A stretch of 64,000 nucleotides of DNA, taken from contig CBDCRP010000003.1 of assembly GCA_965221165.1 (NCBI GenBank), positions 1,248,001 to 1,312,000 of the forward strand, read 5' to 3'. This DNA comes from a bacterium. GTDB taxonomy: Bacteria; UBA8248. Of this stretch, positions 1-9,442 are shown in pieces. The stretch's first letter is position 1. Each line of letters opens with the position of its first letter. The notes beneath the pieces were generated by a model. That model did not search any database. It was not told the origin of the DNA and saw only the letters and a list, made by a program, of their open reading frames with translations. Made by a program: the position numbers and the translations under genes.

Positions 1-235
1 GACATGTCCTACAGGACATTCGGCCATTGAGGCTTACATTCTCACTCTCGAAGAACGTCTTGCCGACCGTCGCCAAGTGAGAATCGGTGTCGTCGAAGAG
101 TTCCTTAGTAGGTCGAAGGCCGTTGCTGAGCGCCGTGTTCCGCAAAATCTTGATGATAGAATCGCCCTGCGCGTGCACCACACCCCCAGCAGCCAAGACT
201 AAAGCAGCCAGAAGGCATCTAATAGCGAATTTCAT
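1..235 (-). CDS. MauG-like / di-heme cytochrome c peroxidase-family protein of the His-Xaa-Ser system (5' part only; runs off window edge)
   Basis: Not in the ORF track because it has no stop in the window. Manual translation from ATG 235: MKFAIRCLLAALVLAAGGVVHAQ-GDSIIKILRNTALSNGLRPTKELFDDTDSHLATVGKTFFESENVSLNGRMSCRTC, and the next codon starts with C (His possible). Signal peptide plus G-x-x-(L/F)F...S-x-N-G-x-x-S-C-x-x-C(H), the first heme motif of CCP/MauG proteins. Overlaps the stop of 219..602. Confidence 0.8.
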   Translation of the reverse strand, partial: MKFAIRCLLAALVLAAGGVVHAQGDSIIKILRNTALSNGLRPTKELFDDTDSHLATVGKTFFESENVSLNGRMSCRTC

Positions 236-602
236 GGATTTCGACGAACGTGCGGACATCGGTCGCGCGATTCTCGATGGCTTCGAGACCGATGCGCGCG
301 AGTGCATTCTCGGAGAGACCCCAACGAATCATCTTCTTTCGCATCTTGTCGTATTCGTGGCAGGCGGTCAGGCCAACCTCGGCTGCCTCGAGATTGCGGA
401 CCGTCTGCTCTGTCGGGGATGCCAGGACCATTTGCTTTGCAATAAAGTGCTCCCGCATCACGTGATCGCATTGAAACATCAACTCCTTGTACTGCTCGGC
501 ATAGACGGACTCGGCAATAGCAGGGGCGAGATACCGCTCAGCGCCAAAGGCGATTACGGTTAAGATAGCCAAGACGTTGGCCGCAAGTAGAATTCGTTTC
601 AT
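219..602 (-). CDS. His-Xaa-Ser system-associated protein (TIGR03982-like), N-terminal membrane anchor/signal
   Basis: 127 aa; YKELMFQCDHVMREHF...EVGLTACHEYDKMRK...WGLSEN pattern recalled for this family; hxs context; overlaps both neighbours. Confidence 0.7.
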   Translation of the reverse strand: MKRILLAANVLAILTVIAFGAERYLAPAIAESVYAEQYKELMFQCDHVMREHFIAKQMVLASPTEQTVRNLEAAEVGLTACHEYDKMRKKMIRWGLSENALARIGLEAIENRATDVRTFVEIHEIRY

Positions 603-1009
603 TTTTCGACAATCCCTAATGATTGGAGTGTAAACTCGTCGAGATTTCCGGAAGAACGAAGGCCGTGAGCGCGCTGGTATCGGAAAAGCGCTGCCTTGAA
701 CCTTGCGGTAACCCGGTCGTCAAGCCGACCGACTTGATATCCCAGCCTCAGCAAGATTGATTTGGCCAATTTAACGGAGACGGTATTGTGATGCTCCCGA
801 TGGCCAGGAGCGATGGCAGGACTTGTCGGCAACACGGAATCCCGGGGGGTGCTGCGCTCGTTCCGATGCTCGGGGGTCACGGCCTCCTTTTCTGACGAGG
901 GCGTGAAAACTGGTACTGAGACCTCCGCGTAGGCAGGGAACTGTGAGGCGAGCAAGATTATGAATACTGCGATGAACAAACTAGCGTTGAACATAAGCCA
1001 CGATCTCAT
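599..1009 (-). CDS. Exported peptidoglycan-binding domain protein
   Basis: Signal peptide (..FPAYA), Pro-rich linker, C-terminal PG_binding_1-like LLRLGYQVGRLDD...AALFRYQRAHGL..SGNLDEFTLQSLGI. Confidence 0.75.
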   Translation of the reverse strand: MRSWLMFNASLFIAVFIILLASQFPAYAEVSVPVFTPSSEKEAVTPEHRNERSTPRDSVLPTSPAIAPGHREHHNTVSVKLAKSILLRLGYQVGRLDDRVTARFKAALFRYQRAHGLRSSGNLDEFTLQSLGIVEK

Positions 1010-1540
1010 TGAACTGTATAAGATACCTAACCATTCCGCCCAGATGTTTGTAGAATTACTCTTGATGATGAAACACTACTACTATAACGTGTCGCGAGGA
1101 ACAAAGAATAGAGCAACCGCCCCGATATTACTCTTATAGTTGGGTTTGGTGAACAGTATTTCCAGGACTCCTATGGATTTCACCTGGAGCGGAGTTGTAT
1201 GTCACGCGTTGTTAAGTTTATTGAGGAACTAGGGCACGTAATTATATAAAGACATTGTCCTATGCCAATAGACGCATGGACCGATGTTTGGTTTGTGGTT
1301 TCACCCTCTCCTGAAAGATGGTACGAACAGGTCTTGGCTGGTATCTTGCCGTTATCCAACGACTATATTGTCGTGGAGACGCACACGAGGATGCTCCAAC
1401 CAGGGGTTCTGAAAAGGAGTTCCGTTGGAGCTTGGAATTGAAGGGCCAAAAGTCTTACACATGGTCATTGGCATTAAGATTCACTTATGAGCATCGTGCT
1501 TGGGAGCAAGCCGTTGACCCATGCTCAACGAAATACAGTG

Positions 1541-3037
1541 ATGTTCCATGAAGCACGAGCATTTCAACCGCTCTCTGCGGCTTATGAAATTCTCCCATTT
1601 AGGTACGCAAGATTACCTAGTCTACCCGGCCAAGTCCTCCTAACGTCTGCGGTAGGAGAGTATCTTTTTGTTTCCGAGGAAGATTTCTCCAAACTGAAAA
1701 ATCATGATCTGGAGCGTAATAGCGAGCTGTACCGTGATTTGCGAACCCGGCAGATAGTCTGCGACATCGAGCGAGGGCCGTTCCTGCAGGGATTGGAGGC
1801 TCAACTCCGAACCCGGAAACATTTTGTTAACGAAGATCCGGCTCTGCATATCTTTGTTCTTACCCTCAGATGCGACCATCGCTGCCACTACTGCCAAGTC
1901 ACACCCCAGCACACTTCGGCATTTGGCTTCGATATGGATGAGTCGACCGCGGATGCCGCACTCGACTTGGTTTTTGAATCGCGGGCCGAAGTGCTCACCA
2001 TCGAGTTTCAGGGTGGCGAGGCAGCGCTTGCTTTCTGCCGACTTTGCCGGATCGTGGAACGCGCGAGGGCTCGGGCAAAGAGAACTGGTCGGCAGGTCCG
2101 GTTTGTTATGGCCACGACCCTGCACCTGATGACCGATGACATGCTGGCTTACTGCCACAACCAAGGTGTCGAGTTGTCTACATCGCTTGATGGACCGCGG
2201 AACGTCCACAACGCGAACCGCCCCAATCCCACACGAGATTCGTTCGAGCGGACTATCGAAGGAATTACGAGGGCTCGCAAAGTGCTAGGCCATGATCGCG
2301 TCGCATCTCTAGCTACTGTCACCAGGCACAGCCTACCGTTTCCACGGGAAATCGTGAATACCTACGTCGAATTGGGGTTCGATTCAATCTCGCTCAGGCC
2401 GATCAGTCCATTCGGTTTCGCGGTGAAGACCGGCCAAAAACTCGGTTATACGACCGAAGAATACCTGCGATTTTACCGCGAAGCGTTGAACCACCTCATT
2501 GAGGTCAACCTCGCGGGACACACAATAGAAGAGTCGTATGCCACCCTTCTATTGACCAGAATCTTGACGCCTTTCCCGACGAGCTACGTCGACCTGCAAT
2601 CGCCGGCAGCCGCGGGGAGAAACGTTCTCGTCTACAACTACGATGGAGGCGTGTACGTTTCCGACGAGGGCCGGATGCTGGCGGAGATGGGGGATGACCG
2701 ATTCCGTATGGGCTCGGTCCATGACTCGTTGGCGACGCTTTGGGCATCCGATGCCATGAGGATCATCAAGGAAACGGGTAATGCCGAAACGCTTCCGGTG
2801 TGCTCGGACTGCGCCTTCGTTCCGTATTGCGGAGCCGATCCTGTTTTTCACGTGGCGACACAGAACGACCCGATCGGGCACCGACCGACGAGCGAATTCT
2901 GCCAACGTCACACGGGCCTGTTTTATGTCCTCTTTGAGTTCCTCGCTGCGCGAGATCCAGATGTCCTGAGGGTATTCCTGTCATGGATGACGCGTCGAAC
3001 CGTCTCGGAGTTGTCCCATCCGGGATATAGGGGATAG
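1541..3037 (+). CDS. hxsB: His-Xaa-Ser system radical SAM maturase HxsB
   Basis: CDHRCHYC radical SAM motif, IEFQGGE, STSLDGP, C-terminal CSDCAFVPYCG..C (SPASM-like), N-terminal YEILPFRY. ORF is open from 1487; likely start is 1538/1541. Confidence 0.9.
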   Translation: MFHEARAFQPLSAAYEILPFRYARLPSLPGQVLLTSAVGEYLFVSEEDFSKLKNHDLERNSELYRDLRTRQIVCDIERGPFLQGLEAQLRTRKHFVNEDPALHIFVLTLRCDHRCHYCQVTPQHTSAFGFDMDESTADAALDLVFESRAEVLTIEFQGGEAALAFCRLCRIVERARARAKRTGRQVRFVMATTLHLMTDDMLAYCHNQGVELSTSLDGPRNVHNANRPNPTRDSFERTIEGITRARKVLGHDRVASLATVTRHSLPFPREIVNTYVELGFDSISLRPISPFGFAVKTGQKLGYTTEEYLRFYREALNHLIEVNLAGHTIEESYATLLLTRILTPFPTSYVDLQSPAAAGRNVLVYNYDGGVYVSDEGRMLAEMGDDRFRMGSVHDSLATLWASDAMRIIKETGNAETLPVCSDCAFVPYCGADPVFHVATQNDPIGHRPTSEFCQRHTGLFYVLFEFLAARDPDVLRVFLSWMTRRTVSELSHPGYRG

Positions 3038-3040
3038 AGA

Positions 3041-4252
3041 GTGCTACCACTTCATACCCAAGCCAGAGTTCGTGGCGTGCGGAACAAGGCCATCGTTAAG
3101 GTCCTGACGGAGAAAGAAGCGACAAAGTCCGACATCGATCCAGAGCGCTGCCTCATCTGGTGGGACAGTGCGGAGAATACCGGCCCGCCGATGATTGAAA
3201 GGCATTGGGCCGGCGTTGTAGCCAGACACGACATATTGGATGCGTCCGGAGGCGGGATCGTGGTCGATAGCATAGAGACGCAGGGCGCAATCGCCCCCGG
3301 TGATGTCGTTCGCTTGTTAGAAGGCAGTTCCCGGGTGTCGGTACTCTATCGCCGAGGGTCCAATAGCAACACGCTGCTAGCGACGGAAAGGTGCAACAGC
3401 TTCTGCGTGATGTGCTCGCAGCCGCCGCGGGAAGTCGATGATCGATGGCTCGTCGACGAGATGCTTGAGACTATCCCGCTGGTTGATCGCGATGAGAGCC
3501 AACTCGGCATTAGCGGCGGGGAGCCGACCCTGCTTGGCGACGACTTGCTCGTCGTCTTGCATCAAGCCCGACAACACCTTCCGGACACCGGGCTTGATAT
3601 CCTTTCCAACGGGCGCCGGTTCTCGGACAAGGAATTCGCGCGAACGGTCAACGCCATCAGGCATCCGAATCTGACATGGGCCATTCCCGTCTATTCGGAT
3701 TGCCCTGAAATACACGACTACATCGTTCAAGCGAGAGGTGCCTGGGACGAGACGCTCATGGGCCTATATAATCTCGCGAAATTCGACGCGAACATCGAAA
3801 TCCGCATCGTCGTTCAGCACGCCAACTTCGCGCGGCTCGGCGAACTGGCGTATTTCATCTTCAGAAACCTGACCTTTGCGAAGCACATCGCCTTTATGGG
3901 TCTGGAGCCGATCGGATTCGCACGAACCAATTACGAGAAAGTGTGGGTCGATCCGGTCGATTGCATGGATACGCTGAAAGATGCGGTATTTTTTCTGTCG
4001 AATCGGGGCATGAACGTCTCTCTTTACAATTTCCCCCTCTGTACTGTCCCGGAGGAGCTATGGCCATTTGCCCAACAAAGCATATCGGACTGGAAAAACA
4101 CTTATCTTTCGCAATGTGGCGAATGTGATATGCAGAAGCGATGTTGTGGATTTTTCGCAACTATAAACCAACGGTGGATTAGTCGTGCCATTCGTCCGAT
4201 ATCGAGATCCGGAAACTCTAACGTGTCGCAAGGTAAAGGAGTCGGCCCATGA
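3041..4252 (+). CDS. hxsC: His-Xaa-Ser system radical SAM maturase HxsC
   Basis: TERCNSFCVMCSQPP, GISGGEPTL, HDYIVQ, SISDWKN, CGECDMQKRCCGFF; paired with hxsB. Confidence 0.9.
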   Translation: MLPLHTQARVRGVRNKAIVKVLTEKEATKSDIDPERCLIWWDSAENTGPPMIERHWAGVVARHDILDASGGGIVVDSIETQGAIAPGDVVRLLEGSSRVSVLYRRGSNSNTLLATERCNSFCVMCSQPPREVDDRWLVDEMLETIPLVDRDESQLGISGGEPTLLGDDLLVVLHQARQHLPDTGLDILSNGRRFSDKEFARTVNAIRHPNLTWAIPVYSDCPEIHDYIVQARGAWDETLMGLYNLAKFDANIEIRIVVQHANFARLGELAYFIFRNLTFAKHIAFMGLEPIGFARTNYEKVWVDPVDCMDTLKDAVFFLSNRGMNVSLYNFPLCTVPEELWPFAQQSISDWKNTYLSQCGECDMQKRCCGFFATINQRWISRAIRPISRSGNSNVSQGKGVGP

Positions 4253-4815
4253 AATGGCATAACAAATTGTTGCAAAATTTACGTTGGCTCGCGTTGGCCG
4301 TTGCTGGTGTGACGACAGCTACATTGGGAGCCAATGCTGCCGTTGGACATGAAACAGGTTCCGGGGAACGCAATGCTATAGACGATGAGCCGATCCTTTT
4401 GCCAAATACACTGAACGCGACCGCCGCCGACCGCTACGCCGCTCACCGCTCCCACAGTAGTCACAGGAGTCACCGCTCAAGCAGCGGAGGTGGAAGTCGT
4501 AGCGTACCTTCCACGCCTGCACCTCGACCTCAGTACATCCCACCACCACCCGCCCCGGCTCCATCGACAACACCAAGCGTAATACCACAAACGGAACAAC
4601 GGCTCCCGAAACCCACTCCCAAGGACTTGTCCATGGTGGTGGTCAGGGTTCAAGCGGCACTCATGCGCCGTGGCTACTATAACGGAGACATCGACGGTCG
4701 GTTGGGACCCAAGATGCGAGCGGCGCTCTACGCGTTTCAGAAAGCCCAAGGCATTGCCCAGACAGGGCGTATGGATATCGAAACGCTCACGAGGCTGGGT
4801 ATTTCGATACCGTAA
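4249..4815 (+). CDS. hxsA: His-Xaa-Ser repeat protein HxsA (precursor) with C-terminal peptidoglycan-binding domain
   Basis: Signal-like N-terminus, AAHRSHSSHRSHRSS (four HxS units), Pro-rich linker, VQAALMRRGYYNGDIDG...FQKAQGI PG-binding domain; ATGA overlap with hxsC. Confidence 0.92.
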   Translation: MKWHNKLLQNLRWLALAVAGVTTATLGANAAVGHETGSGERNAIDDEPILLPNTLNATAADRYAAHRSHSSHRSHRSSSGGGSRSVPSTPAPRPQYIPPPPAPAPSTTPSVIPQTEQRLPKPTPKDLSMVVVRVQAALMRRGYYNGDIDGRLGPKMRAALYAFQKAQGIAQTGRMDIETLTRLGISIP

Positions 4816-5206
4816 GAATTCGGGTAGATGGAATCTATACATAACAGAACCAGCTTTACGAAGTGTTTGAGTACTCGCTAAGGAGAAGATCGCACATTAA
4901 TAGGAACAAGCATCGCTCACAAAATATTCCCTCCGTCTTGGAAATCAAATCAAAAAGAACAAACAAATGGTTTCTAACAAACTCCATGCAAATTGGCGAA
5001 ATGGGGCAAAAAGGTTCTGGGTGACCACTAGATGGTCGTAAGCGTTACATCAATAAGAAAGCGTGATACGGCGGCAATTGGCAGCCGGTACAAAACCTGT
5101 TAAAGGACTGCCGCTTGTTGGGACGGTGGTTTAAGCGTGGAACGAGCGCAGAGGAATCCATCAAATTCAAAACTGCCGTAGGCAGATCAGATTTCAGAAA
5201 TATGAC

Positions 5207-5776
5207 TTGCAGGGGGAATGCTTGGTGTCTGAAAACAAGAACGAAGTAGAGAGTTGGGATGCGGATTCCATGATTTGGAATGCGAAGTCGTTGCAACGTG
5301 TTGCGAAGGAATTGGAAAGGAAAGGGTCCGAGTCTCCACAGCAGGACTCATTTCTTTTTTGTGGAATATCGTTGGCGAGTCCAATCTTATTGTCGCTGGC
5401 GACTGAGATCGCACTGAAAGCATGGCAATGCCGGGAACGGAAGGGAAAGCCTGAGAAAACCCATGACTTGCTGAAGCTGTTCAACGAATTAGAGTCGAGG
5501 ACTCAAGAAATACTGGAAGCAAGGATGCGAAAACTCAGCCCACACTCGGTGTGGGCGGAGGATCCAAGCATGCAGAACCTTGACGCAGACTTGCAGGACA
5601 TGATGGGAGCAAGGAGGCATCACCTTCGAGACGTTTTGTGTTCTCACAGGGATGCCCACACACACTGGAGGTTCATCCACGAAGACCCAAGAGGTGTGTT
5701 TGAAACAGCCGAGATTGATCGGGCGCTAACGGTCATAATCGACGCCTACGAAAAGAGGAAGGAAGAGGTGACCTAA
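5207..5776 (+). CDS. HEPN-like domain protein
   Basis: LATEIALKA...KTHDLLKLFNEL...HWRFIHE pattern typical of HEPN folds; no adjacent nucleotidyltransferase. Confidence 0.55.
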   Translation: MQGECLVSENKNEVESWDADSMIWNAKSLQRVAKELERKGSESPQQDSFLFCGISLASPILLSLATEIALKAWQCRERKGKPEKTHDLLKLFNELESRTQEILEARMRKLSPHSVWAEDPSMQNLDADLQDMMGARRHHLRDVLCSHRDAHTHWRFIHEDPRGVFETAEIDRALTVIIDAYEKRKEEVT

Positions 5777-5803
5777 GGCACAGATGACAGCAGTGCTCCG
5801 CTC

Positions 5804-5960
5804 TGCGCCGGAGTTTTAATTCGTTCGTTTCCGTTTTGATTACATTCTTCGGTAGGCGAATTCCAGACGGGATCAGGAACTATCAACCTTTCCAAATAAT
5901 ATCAATACGATATCGGGATTTTACGGCCGATGGAAATCCCCCACTGTCTGGAAACGGGCA
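5804..5960 (+). repeat. Dispersed ~155-bp att-like repeat, copy 1
   Basis: TGCGCcGGAGTTTTAAT-N15-TTGATTAC, IHF-like TATCAATACGATA, then AAATCCCCCACTGTCTGGAAACGGGCA; homologous to 15981, 19810 and 30313. Confidence 0.8.
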
Positions 5961-6129
5961 GATTAGGCGAAGTAGCGCGCAGCCATTGTAATCGACTGCA
6001 TCAAACGGGGCGAGGATCCTGTCGCTGCATCGCCCGAGGCCAAGCCCCACGGTGGCCGGCCTTGCCGAGCGCTTAATGCGCGTGCAAGTGAGCTCGCACT
6101 GCGTGTCTGATACTCGCTCAAGAACGAAG

Positions 6130-6511
6130 GAGGCGATGAGCGTTTTCTCGCCACCTAGGAGGCGAATTACCCGAAAGCCGTCGAATGCCTGGCCAGGAAC
6201 CGCGAGGAGTTGCTCGCCTTCTACGACTTCCCGGCGGCGCATTGGCATAGTCTTCGGAACACAAACCCCACCGAGGCGACCTTCGCCACAATACGGCTGC
6301 GAACGGCGATGACCAGTAACTATCTAAGCGAGAAGCCGATGTTGAGTCTCGTGCATCAAACTTCCATGAGCTCCCAGAAGCGATGGCCCCGGCTAAGCGG
6401 CTTCCGTCATCTGGCAATCGTGATCGCCAAAGTGAGATTTATCAAAGGTGCGGACGAAACAGAAACCGTCAGGTGGGCCGTTGGATTCAGAACGACCATA
6501 CACAAGATTTG
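6130..6511 (+). pseudogene. IS256-family transposase 3' remnant
   Basis: ERFLAT*EANYPKAVECLARNREELLAFYDFPAAHWHSLRNTNPTEATFATIRLRT; internal stop, 5' part missing. Confidence 0.75.
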
Positions 6512-6526
6512 TGTATGGACGCGCCC

Positions 6527-6780
6527 AAGATTGCAAGCGTTGGCCTGAAGGGTTCGGTGCGTTGTGGTCAGACTCAGTCGTGTATACGGCCTCTCGATTG
6601 CGGCGTTTCAATTGCCGCGGGCCCGTATGGAGATGCGAGGATCGGGTCTGAATCGACAGTGCGAGCTTGAAAAACTCCCCAATCTTGTCCTGGTTTTCCC
6701 GACCCCGTCTCAATGACCGTTCGCCCCTACCTCCTCATTCGGCCTGCTCACATTCCCGCCGTGCTCCGCTCGCCTGCCGC
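6527..6780 (-). ncRNA. Putative IS1111 bridge/seek RNA region
   Basis: Non-coding segment between the transposase stop and the right IR; contains short segments matching the flanking target and the predicted circle junction (see findings). RNA ends unknown. Confidence 0.65.
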
Positions 6781-7807
6781 TCAGGCGGCCGGCGCCGGCT
6801 CCCGGTAGAATTCTCTGTTCGTCATCAGCGCCCAGGCGATGCGCGCCATCCTGTTGGCCAGCGCCACCGCAACCAGCATCTTGGGCTTACGCGCCGGCAT
6901 GCGGGCCAGCCACGATCCGGGAGGCGCGCCTCGCCGGGCCGCCCAGCGCACCACGCTCATCGCGCCCGTGATCAACAACCGCCTCACGTCGCGCCGGCCC
7001 ATCTTCGATATCCTGCCCAGCCGCGGCTTGCCTCCGGTCGAGTGCTGCCGCGGCACGAGCCCGAGCCAGGCGGAGAAGTCCCGCCCGCGACGGAAGCTTG
7101 CCATCGGCGGCGCAAAGGCCTGGATCGCCGACGCGCAGACCGGACCGACCCCCGGAATGCTCATCAGCCGTCTCGCCTCTTCGTCCTCGCGGGCGCTCGT
7201 GCGGAGTCGCCTCTCTCAACTCCTGTATCTTCTCCTTCAGGCCGGCTATATGCGCGAGCAGAACTTCGCCCAGTTCGCGGACCGCCTCGGGCAGCCCCGA
7301 GCCCGGATTTGCAACGGCCGACGCCGGCCGCGCGAGGTGGGCGCGACCTTGCGGAGCGATGACGCCGAACTCCGCCAGATGGCCCCGCAGGGCGTTGATC
7401 GCCTGCGTGCGCTGACGCACCAGAAGATCGCGCGTGCGGAACAGCATCCCCCGGGCCTGCTGCGCTTCGCTCTTCACCGCTACGAACCTCATGCTCGGGC
7501 GGGAAGCCGCCTCGCAGATAGCCTCCGCGTCCGCAGCGTCGTTCTTGTGGCGTTTGACAAAAGGCTTCACGTAGACCGGCGGCACGAGCTTCACCTCGTG
7601 GCCGAGCTTGCCGATCTCGCGGCCCCAGTAGTGCGCGCCCGCGCATGCCTCCATCACTACCAGGCAATGCGGTTGTAACGCCAGAAAGCCGAGCATCTTC
7701 GTCCTGACGAGCTTTTTCCGGAACGCGACCGACCCGTCCGCGCGCGCGCCGTGGAGTTGAAAACTCTGTTTCGCCAAGTCGATACCGATAATGTGGACCT
7801 ATTCCAT
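6781..7807 (-). pseudogene. IS110/IS1111 DEDD transposase (nonsense codon 3, +1 frameshift near 7217)
   Basis: ATG GAA TAG then VHIIGIDLAKQSFQLHG...MEAC...KNDAADAEAI...; the second frame continues SIPGVG...WLGLVPRQHSTGGK...VALANRMARIAWA. Confidence 0.88.
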
Positions 7808-8006
7808 GGACAACCCTCCTGTAGGGCGGCAAACTATGTTACCTTGCCCTAGTGTGATGTTGCCGGGAGGGCGCGTCCATCCCATCGACTGTAACCCGAA
7901 AATTCTCTTTATGAATGCTAATTGACAAAATTTCAAATTAATTGTCTCCTAGTAATCTGAGATACAGAAATTAGACAAGAATTGTTGGTAGTATCAATGG
8001 TTTCAT

Positions 8007-8357
8007 TTGAACATGGAGTCTACCTCTTTCTTGAAAAACCTCCTGCCCGATAATTGGGGAAATTTAATACCCGGCGTATTAGCTATTATTGTTGTTCAAG
8101 CAGGCGTATGGATTCGCCGTTTAAATCCTTCGAAAAAGATTGAATTCTCAAGCAAGAAATTTCACATATGTGCGTCCTGTTTAACTTCCTTTATCGGACT
8201 TGTAATCGCCTGGTATTATGCCGTTGTAATCTCGGTCCCACAAGAAATGATTAAACATATTCCTGAAATCTTTGTTGCAATGGCTTTTATGGAAGGGGCA
8301 ATTGATGTTCCAGATTTCGTTCGAGAATACCTAGGAAGGAGTCGAAACGATGTTTAG
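8007..8357 (+). CDS. Hypothetical membrane protein (low GC)
   Basis: 116 aa, 2-3 hydrophobic segments; start may be ATG 8013. Confidence 0.55.
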   Translation: MNMESTSFLKNLLPDNWGNLIPGVLAIIVVQAGVWIRRLNPSKKIEFSSKKFHICASCLTSFIGLVIAWYYAVVISVPQEMIKHIPEIFVAMAFMEGAIDVPDFVREYLGRSRNDV

Positions 8358-8369
8358 GAATGACTGAAA

Positions 8370-9233
8370 ATGGAATTCTTGGTGGGATTCTTGTCCGTAC
8401 TTCTGATTTCTGCATTCATCGTAGATTGGATGCTAAAAGATGAAGTTCTTGTTTCTCAAAGTTCCGAACTAAAGAAATTCTCATTAGGAACTGATGAATT
8501 CGCATATCATCAACAAATTGGATTTGTTAACAAGCAATTTTGCCTTATTTTTGACGCAATATACGGAAAGCACACTTGGTCCTGGAAGAGATTTTTTAGA
8601 TCTACCGCCCTCAGCCTATTTTTTGTTTTATTTTCCATTTTGCTCATCGGCATTGAAAATTCGTACCTTGCACCATCAACCAAAAAATTTGTCGGCCCAA
8701 ACAGAACAGATCACATCATAGCTATATCTTTAATATTCGGATGCTATAACGTTGTCATTGATTTTATATCCTTACTGGAAACACGTTGGGTATTGGGGCG
8801 CGCCCAAAATGCGGGGAAAATTGCTCTTGGTATGTGGATTGCCGTTGATCTCATCTTAACGAGTGCAATTTATATAGTTTCTTTTCCCACGATGTTTGCA
8901 ATCTTAAGTCTACTTTTTGACGCTCAAGATTCTGGGCCATATCTTAAAGATATTCAAGAATTGTTTATTTCTGTTTTAAAAGTATTTTTCTCACAGAATA
9001 AAGCATTACCATTCTTTATTTCTACATTCGGAACGTCCATTGTTTGGTACATGTTTCTTTTTTTTGTTTTCCTTGTAAAATTTTTAAGACGTAATTCTAG
9101 AATGCTCAAAATTGCGTTTGATATTATCTCTGAGAGTGCTACACCTGCTCGTTTAGTAGTAGTGCTTTTCTCATTTCCCATTATCGCGTTTTTCGTCGTT
9201 CTCAAAGGTATTAACTGGTTAGCCTCGAATTGA
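8370..9233 (+). CDS. Hypothetical polytopic membrane protein (low GC)
   Basis: 287 aa, about 6 hydrophobic helices, AT-rich codon usage. Confidence 0.7.
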   Translation: MEFLVGFLSVLLISAFIVDWMLKDEVLVSQSSELKKFSLGTDEFAYHQQIGFVNKQFCLIFDAIYGKHTWSWKRFFRSTALSLFFVLFSILLIGIENSYLAPSTKKFVGPNRTDHIIAISLIFGCYNVVIDFISLLETRWVLGRAQNAGKIALGMWIAVDLILTSAIYIVSFPTMFAILSLLFDAQDSGPYLKDIQELFISVLKVFFSQNKALPFFISTFGTSIVWYMFLFFVFLVKFLRRNSRMLKIAFDIISESATPARLVVVLFSFPIIAFFVVLKGINWLASN

Positions 9234-9442
9234 TGAGCTCTAATTATTAGCTCGACAAGGCGCAAGGTATCTTTCCTTAAAATTTGTTCACAGTGGTAGA
9301 GCAAACATTGAAAGATAAACACAATAGGTGAAGCAAAATAGGTTCTTAAAACCTACGTCCGAGTCTTCGAGCAAACTTACTTTACTAATTTATCAAACCA
9401 TACTGAGAGAGCTTGCTGCGCAAATTACGGAGGAGTTACTGT

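Larger units (their letters stand above)
6512..7887 (-). mobile_element. IS110-family (IS1111-type) insertion sequence, full length, transposase inactivated
   Basis: Perfect 12-bp sub-terminal inverted repeats ATGGACGCGCCC at 6515-6526 and 7869-7880, set 3 and 7 bp from the inferred ends; long non-coding region downstream of the transposase. Confidence 0.85.

Noticed and set aside
1318-1551. 77-aa ORF as hxsD
   Set aside because: No resemblance to the HxsD C-terminal LxDYxLR-type motif; probably spurious.
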